A DNA stretch of 64,000 bases from an uncultured Prevotellaceae bacterium (GTDB taxonomy: Bacteria; Bacteroidota; Bacteroidia; Bacteroidales; Muribaculaceae). Shown here piece after piece: positions 60,048 to 64,000 of the stretch. The stretch spans positions 6,149-70,148 of the forward strand of contig ONOU01000021.1 of the NCBI GenBank assembly GCA_900319525.1, written 5' to 3'. The stretch's first letter is position 1, and each line of letters begins with the position of its first letter. Below the pieces are notes generated by a model. That model was not told where the DNA came from. It worked only from the letters and a program-made list of their open reading frames with translations, and did not search any database. A program made the translations under genes and the position numbers.

Positions 60048-61292
60048 TTACTCTTTGCTTTGGTATTCCTCAAAGAGTTGGTGGATTTTTGAACGAGCCA
60101 CGTCATAGCGAGAGAACTTATGAGGAACGCCGTCCACATCCTCAGTCTTACCAGCTGACTGATTAATAGCTGTAACCTCGCCTTGTGTGAGGGAGCCGAT
60201 AAACTTTGTGATGACATTAGCGGCATCCTCCAAGGTCGTTGTACCATCAGCTAAAAGGCTATGCATCTTTTCAATAAGATACTTAGATACCTCCTTTGAG
60301 CCGATCATCCTGGAATCGACTCCTGCAGTCTTGAGTGTCTCGTAGATTTCGCGACCATACTTGTTGCTTCCCTCGGTGAGTCTATTTCTAGTCTCAACAT
60401 CACTCTGTGCCTTATAGAGGCGGTTAGCCGTGGGTTGACGTTTGTATGTTCCGGTGGCATAGCCCCAAGCTGCGATTTCAGAGCAACCCTCTGTGGTGTA
60501 TTTTTTTACGAGCTCAAGAGTCTCGGTTACTTCCTTGTTGACCCCAGGAAGGTTGCTGCTATTCAGGAGGGATACCAGGTAATCAGTACCCTTCCAAGGG
60601 CGAGTCGAGATGTTGGACTCCCCTAACATGGTGAGGACTTTGGGGCGCTCGATCTGAGGAAAGATAACAGGAAGGTCGTAAGGACGCTCATCGGGCTTGC
60701 GTTCCAGATTGAGGCGCGTAACTGCGTCATCTCGGTGTTGACCATCGATGATGACGAGATAACTGTCTATATCGGGATCGTCGAGTGAAAGTTGATTGCC
60801 GTTCTCGTCCACGACCTCAAGACCTTGCTCTAAACAGGCTCTTGCGGATACGACCAAGATCGGACTAATGATACCATTGCTACGCTTGATGGACATCATT
60901 TTTTTCTTAACAACCTTGTCGTTGACTTCGCGGTTATTTCTCAGGCCGGCTTTCTTGAATCCATGAGAAGAGAGCTCGTCCCATGTGTAGATTCTGCGTG
61001 GGTCAAGACCGATGGGAATAACACTGGCCTGGTTAGCGATTTTATCCACAGGACTGCCCGCTGTGGTGGCCTGCTCATTTGCATCCAGAGCAGTAGGGAT
61101 GTCATTCGGAGTCGATACCTGTACAGCATTCTTCTCTTTCATAACTTCGTTGTTTGAGTTTGTTGTTTCCTGAGCGTTAATGTTCTGCTCAGTCTCGTTT
61201 ACACTGTGGCTCTCAGGAGCCGGATAAATAGAATTCTTCATTTCTTCAATTTTTTGTTGTTGATTAATAATGTATATTGTGAAATGCTTCAA
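60048..61292 (-). CDS. ParB/Srx-fold (DGQHR-motif) protein with disordered N-terminal region
   Basis: ISPILVV...YLVIIDGQHRDDAV is the ParB N-terminal/DGQHR nuclease-like core. An alternative start MKNSIYP lies at 61241. Confidence 0.6.
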   Translation of the reverse strand: MKHFTIYIINQQQKIEEMKNSIYPAPESHSVNETEQNINAQETTNSNNEVMKEKNAVQVSTPNDIPTALDANEQATTAGSPVDKIANQASVIPIGLDPRRIYTWDELSSHGFKKAGLRNNREVNDKVVKKKMMSIKRSNGIISPILVVSARACLEQGLEVVDENGNQLSLDDPDIDSYLVIIDGQHRDDAVTRLNLERKPDERPYDLPVIFPQIERPKVLTMLGESNISTRPWKGTDYLVSLLNSSNLPGVNKEVTETLELVKKYTTEGCSEIAAWGYATGTYKRQPTANRLYKAQSDVETRNRLTEGSNKYGREIYETLKTAGVDSRMIGSKEVSKYLIEKMHSLLADGTTTLEDAANVITKFIGSLTQGEVTAINQSAGKTEDVDGVPHKFSRYDVARSKIHQLFEEYQSKE

Positions 61293-61361
61293 CTCGGCTG
61301 TAACACTTCTGCTATGGTTTCACGTGCATTGTTTAAGATGCTCGTTCGCCCTTAGCACTGG

Positions 61362-61369
61362 CAAAATTA
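61362..61369 (-). promoter_or_regulatory. -7 promoter box (TAATTTTG) for the ParB-like gene
   Basis: Matches TAnnTTTG on the minus strand, 70 nt upstream of 61292. Confidence 0.35.
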
Positions 61370-61396
61370 CAGCCGCAAATTCGGGTGACCATAGCT

Positions 61397-61436
61397 TGTA
61401 GTGAACTGTAGTGAACTGTAGTGGATTGTAGTACAG
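61397..61436. repeat. four tandem 10-bp iterons (TGTAGTGAAC x2, TGTAGTGGAT, TGTAGTACAG)
   Basis: Head-to-tail copies with helical-turn periodicity, just upstream of the ParB-like promoter box. Confidence 0.7.
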
Positions 61437-61768
61437 TGCATTGATTTATAGACACTTGTACGATGTCCATTTCAGTGATTTTTGGGGAAGATGTTATTTG
61501 ACTTAAAGGGTACTAAAAGATGCCGTCCAAGAGTGGCATAAATCCCTTATATACAAGAATATAAAAAATGGCCCATTCATGGACCGCCCATATTACATAA
61601 AAGGAGGCGGCTTTATTTGGGCCATGACTATATATCATACCGTGATCATAGCCCTCAGCGAAGAGTTGATGCGCTTTTGATCACATCTTGACGTTAGAAT
61701 CTAGCAGTTTTCAAATTGCCACTCGTGCGACCTGATTTCTGTATAGAGAGTCAAGGAGGATTACAGGT

Positions 61769-61812
61769 TATATACCCACCGAAGAGGTGGATATAAGCCT
61801 GTTTTCTTTTTC
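61769..61812 (+). terminator. plus-strand intrinsic terminator with no annotated upstream plus-strand gene
   Basis: Stem TATATACCCACC/GGTGGATATAAG (10 pairs, one internal mismatch) with loop GAAGA, followed by CCTGTTTTCTTTTTCCC. The minus-strand reading has no T-run. Confidence 0.45.
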
Positions 61813-62070
61813 CCTCTTTAATACCTGATATGATGATTATATGCTAGGAATTCAAGCCAAAACACCGTCGAGATTCATAAGCAAAATATCTTTTATTTTT
61901 CTGGAACAACCTAATTTACCACGTTCTCAGAAAAATAAAAGCGCATTTTTTGATTTGAAAACTCAGCGAAATTCAATAAAAAAGCTCTGTTTTCGCTGAT
62001 TTTTAAAGAGGTTTTTGGGCCGAATTTCAGTTTCATTTTTGAAATTGTCATTCGGGTGAATAAAGGGTAA

Positions 62071-62104
62071 ATAAAAAATAAGCACGTTGAAACATGCTTA
62101 TTTT
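62071..62104 (-). terminator. rho-independent terminator of the ATPase/TOPRIM-like operon
   Basis: A 10-bp stem AAAATAAGCA/TGCTTATTTT with a 10-nt loop, followed by a T-rich tail on the minus strand, 24 nt after the stop at 62128. Confidence 0.6.
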
Positions 62105-62127
62105 ACTAGTAGAAAACGCTATATGTA

Positions 62128-62670
62128 TCACTTGTTTTCAAATATCTTTTGTAGTTCCGCTGTATCAGATCTATATTGATTCTCGTTCAGATAATTTAAT
62201 GCGGAGTAAAGCTTATTCATCTCTTCCGCTTTGATCAATGCTCCAAAAAGGGATTTAAAACGAGGATCTTTCTTGGCTTTGACATCTTTTGTGACTTTTA
62301 TAAACTCTTCCAATCTAGTAGGAAGACCATACTCTTCAAGATGAACGCCTAATTCAGCTGAGCAATCCAATATGAAACGGTCCATAGCTGGGCTTACCAT
62401 GACCAAGTAGTGAGGACGATCCCTGTGTTTAAGTAGTGAGATATGCTTTGTATTAGCAATTTCTATAAACTCATTCACATACGAGGGCTTGCGCTTGTCG
62501 TTATCAATGATGCCGATAGAGAACTGATCCTTTAGATTTGTCTCCTTCATGCTTCTAGCTACTTCATTACAGCCTTTTTTATGGTTTACACCAGATGAAT
62601 TTAGCAGAAATTCAGTAAGGCTTGTGTCAATGTAGCATTCTGGGACTACATGCCAGTCTTTCATTTTCAT
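62128..62670 (-). CDS. 180-aa TOPRIM-like protein (DUF4435/RloB/DUF4276-class candidate effector)
   Basis: The N-terminus has WHVVPECYIDTSL (Glu11), followed by SIGIIDNDKRK (Asp56-x-Asp58), the E...DxD TOPRIM spacing. Its start codon lies 1 nt after the ATPase stop. Confidence 0.5.
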   Translation of the reverse strand: MKMKDWHVVPECYIDTSLTEFLLNSSGVNHKKGCNEVARSMKETNLKDQFSIGIIDNDKRKPSYVNEFIEIANTKHISLLKHRDRPHYLVMVSPAMDRFILDCSAELGVHLEEYGLPTRLEEFIKVTKDVKAKKDPRFKSLFGALIKAEEMNKLYSALNYLNENQYRSDTAELQKIFENK

Positions 62671-62671
62671 A

Positions 62672-63730
62672 TCAGCCTAAGGTCTCTATGTTAAAGAATG
62701 CATCTACACCAAAGTCATATATAGCCTGAATATCTTCTTCTATGGCGCTCTTTACTGTCATAAAACCATCATCAGTAGTTTTGGTGTACAACAGAGTCAT
62801 ATCAATCTCTTGCTTCTCAATAAAGGCATTTAAAATATATGGACTATGAGTAGCAATAAAAAGACTATTGGGATGTTTGCCCTCAGTCTTAGTCAACAGC
62901 CATTCCACAAGGTTTGCCTGGGTCGGAGGAAAAAGATTAGCTTCAGGCTCTTCCAAAAAGATATCACAATGATGAGTATGGACATAGTTCGTAAAGACAT
63001 CTTTCTTATCCTCCTCATCCAATTTCGCTAACAAAACTCCTTGTTCTTGTAAATTTGCAAAACTCTCTATCCTTGAGTGCCTAATGTTAGTGATATGACT
63101 AAGGTGTATAAACAACGGAATGACTGACTGTAAACCACTTGATGTATTGGTAAAGTCAAGTGTAACGCCTTCGGATACCTGAACTTTATCAGACTTTGTA
63201 GCAGCATCATATCTGTATGACACTCCAAGATTTAAAACCTCTAAATCTTCTTTCGTCGCTTGACGGGCAGATTCCCAATCTGCCATAAAGTCACGAATAT
63301 TGTCATCAGCAAATTTGACTTGGAACCAGTTTGGAATAGCTGCAACAAGATTGCGCTCGGCGGGGATATATGTCACTTTGGAGCGATGGTAGTCCCATCT
63401 GCCTTCTTTCCACTTAAAATTGAATTTGTTTAAAGCATTATCAAATGAAAAAGACATGAATTCAGACTCATAGCTGATAAAGGTATCAGGTTTGATATAT
63501 CCTTTCAACTTGTGAAAACGCTCAAATTCCTTTGTGAAGTTACCGTCTTTCGCAAAGAAATCTGCTGACTGAGTCAGTTCAATACGCTTCTCTACCCAGG
63601 TACAATAACAAGCGGTTTTCAGGACACAACTTTTACCTGAACTCTGCGGACCAATGATTACATTGATTCGCTTCAATTCAATATCAGCCTCTTTGATTGG
63701 GCCCAAATTTCGTATCTTGATATGTTTCAT
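62672..63730 (-). CDS. ABC/SMC-type ATPase (AAA_15/AAA_21-like) partner of the TOPRIM-like protein
   Basis: From MKHIKIRNLGPIK: Walker A GPQSSGKS (K33), Q-loop YIPAERN, signature SSGLQS, Walker B/D-loop IFLEEPEANLFP and H-loop ATHSPYILN. Start supported by a -7 box 5 nt upstream. Confidence 0.75.
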   Translation of the reverse strand: MKHIKIRNLGPIKEADIELKRINVIIGPQSSGKSCVLKTACYCTWVEKRIELTQSADFFAKDGNFTKEFERFHKLKGYIKPDTFISYESEFMSFSFDNALNKFNFKWKEGRWDYHRSKVTYIPAERNLVAAIPNWFQVKFADDNIRDFMADWESARQATKEDLEVLNLGVSYRYDAATKSDKVQVSEGVTLDFTNTSSGLQSVIPLFIHLSHITNIRHSRIESFANLQEQGVLLAKLDEEDKKDVFTNYVHTHHCDIFLEEPEANLFPPTQANLVEWLLTKTEGKHPNSLFIATHSPYILNAFIEKQEIDMTLLYTKTTDDGFMTVKSAIEEDIQAIYDFGVDAFFNIETLG

Positions 63731-63735
63731 AATTG

Positions 63736-63743
63736 CAAAGTTA
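63736..63743 (-). promoter_or_regulatory. -7 promoter box (TAACTTTG), 5 nt upstream of the ATPase ATG
   Basis: Matches TAnnTTTG on the minus strand. The geometry matches that at 4345 and 41958. Confidence 0.4.
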
Positions 63744-64000
63744 ATGCATTTCTTTGATATAGTGAGCAAAATCATAAAAAGAAATCTGACTCGGTTTTCT
63801 TCTTTCCATATTCCCGGCTCTGGTTTTTATAAATGTGTCTTGAATACAGATATTGAAGCAGCCACAAACCGTCTCGAGTCAGGTTTACTTCCAACGGGAT
63901 ATGATGGGAAAATTAATCAGATTATTAACCTAAGATCATCTGATAAAAACGAATGAAAACAGTCCAACGAATACAAAAATACGTGCAGGTTGGACATATT

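Larger units (their letters stand above)
52323..64000. mobile_element. low-GC integrated genomic island (left end only; right end beyond window)
   Basis: Composition changes abruptly just after the acetyltransferase promoter. A tyrosine integrase sits at the left edge, followed by replication-type and defence-type genes. No att repeat could be defined because only one end is visible. Confidence 0.75.

Noticed and set aside
61397-61436. The possibility that the short tandem repeats are a CRISPR array.
   Set aside because: The units are 10 bp and directly abutting with no spacers. No cas genes are visible, and no other repeat-spacer structure was seen anywhere in the window.
61623-61679. An 18-codon mini-ORF (MTIYHTVIIALSEELMRF) preceded by an AAGGAGG-like sequence.
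   Set aside because: It is too short to support without conservation or ribosome-profiling data. Shine-Dalgarno pairing is not a reliable signal in Bacteroidetes, and the purine tract is part of the 61568-61625 hairpin.
52323-64000. Calling the island a prophage.
   Set aside because: No capsid, portal, terminase, tail or lysis genes are recognisable in the visible 11.7 kb. Only integrase, nuclease, replication-type and defence-type genes are seen. The right part is outside the window, so the element class stays open.

Overview
The window holds about 52 kb of GC-rich Bacteroidales-type chromosome followed by a low-GC integrated island. Spot counts of single 60-nt lines give about 58% GC for the chromosome and about 37-42% for the island. 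The island starts near 52.3 kb and runs off the right edge at 64000.

The Bacteroidales assignment rests on three things:
- TAnnTTTG -7 promoter boxes lie upstream of many genes.
- Several proteins carry lipoprotein signal peptides.
- The gene content fits (PPi-phosphofructokinase, HU/SPOR proteins).

The core part is mostly housekeeping:
- It includes metK, a UvrA-like ABC ATPase, prolyl oligopeptidase and an S8 protease with dockerin-like repeats.
- It includes the secG-lptE-sigma54 activator block, rfbC, clpB and a dTDP-amino-sugar operon (rfbA, 2 x FdtA-like, DegT-type aminotransferase).
- It includes pfp, phoH, ubiE, a MATE transporter, an IS200/RayT-like HUH protein, radC, cmk, ispH, efp and rpmH.

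The visible part of the island encodes:
- a 1036-aa tyrosine integrase with a roughly 590-aa C-terminal extension of unknown function;
- a GIY-YIG/NUMOD endonuclease;
- two tandem paralogous small proteins;
- a BT4734/VirE-type primase-like protein, a P-loop NTPase and a ParB/DGQHR-like protein;
- an 835-bp ORF-free segment with 10-bp iterons and hairpins;
- a tightly coupled ABC-type ATPase plus 180-aa TOPRIM-like pair.

That last pair is my best candidate for a new defence system of the split OLD/PARIS/AbiL architectural class. Its family assignment needs profile or structure searches that I cannot run.

Other points worth checking in the core:
- a chromosomal fused ATPase-DUF4435 protein;
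- a terminator/antiterminator leader upstream of metK;
- twin CTAG-rich palindromic operators upstream of the UvrA-like gene;
- a DUF1963 gene flanked by 63-bp direct repeats that duplicate the 3' end of the neighbouring M28 peptidase gene.

All functional calls come from motif recognition by eye in the supplied translations. No database search was run.
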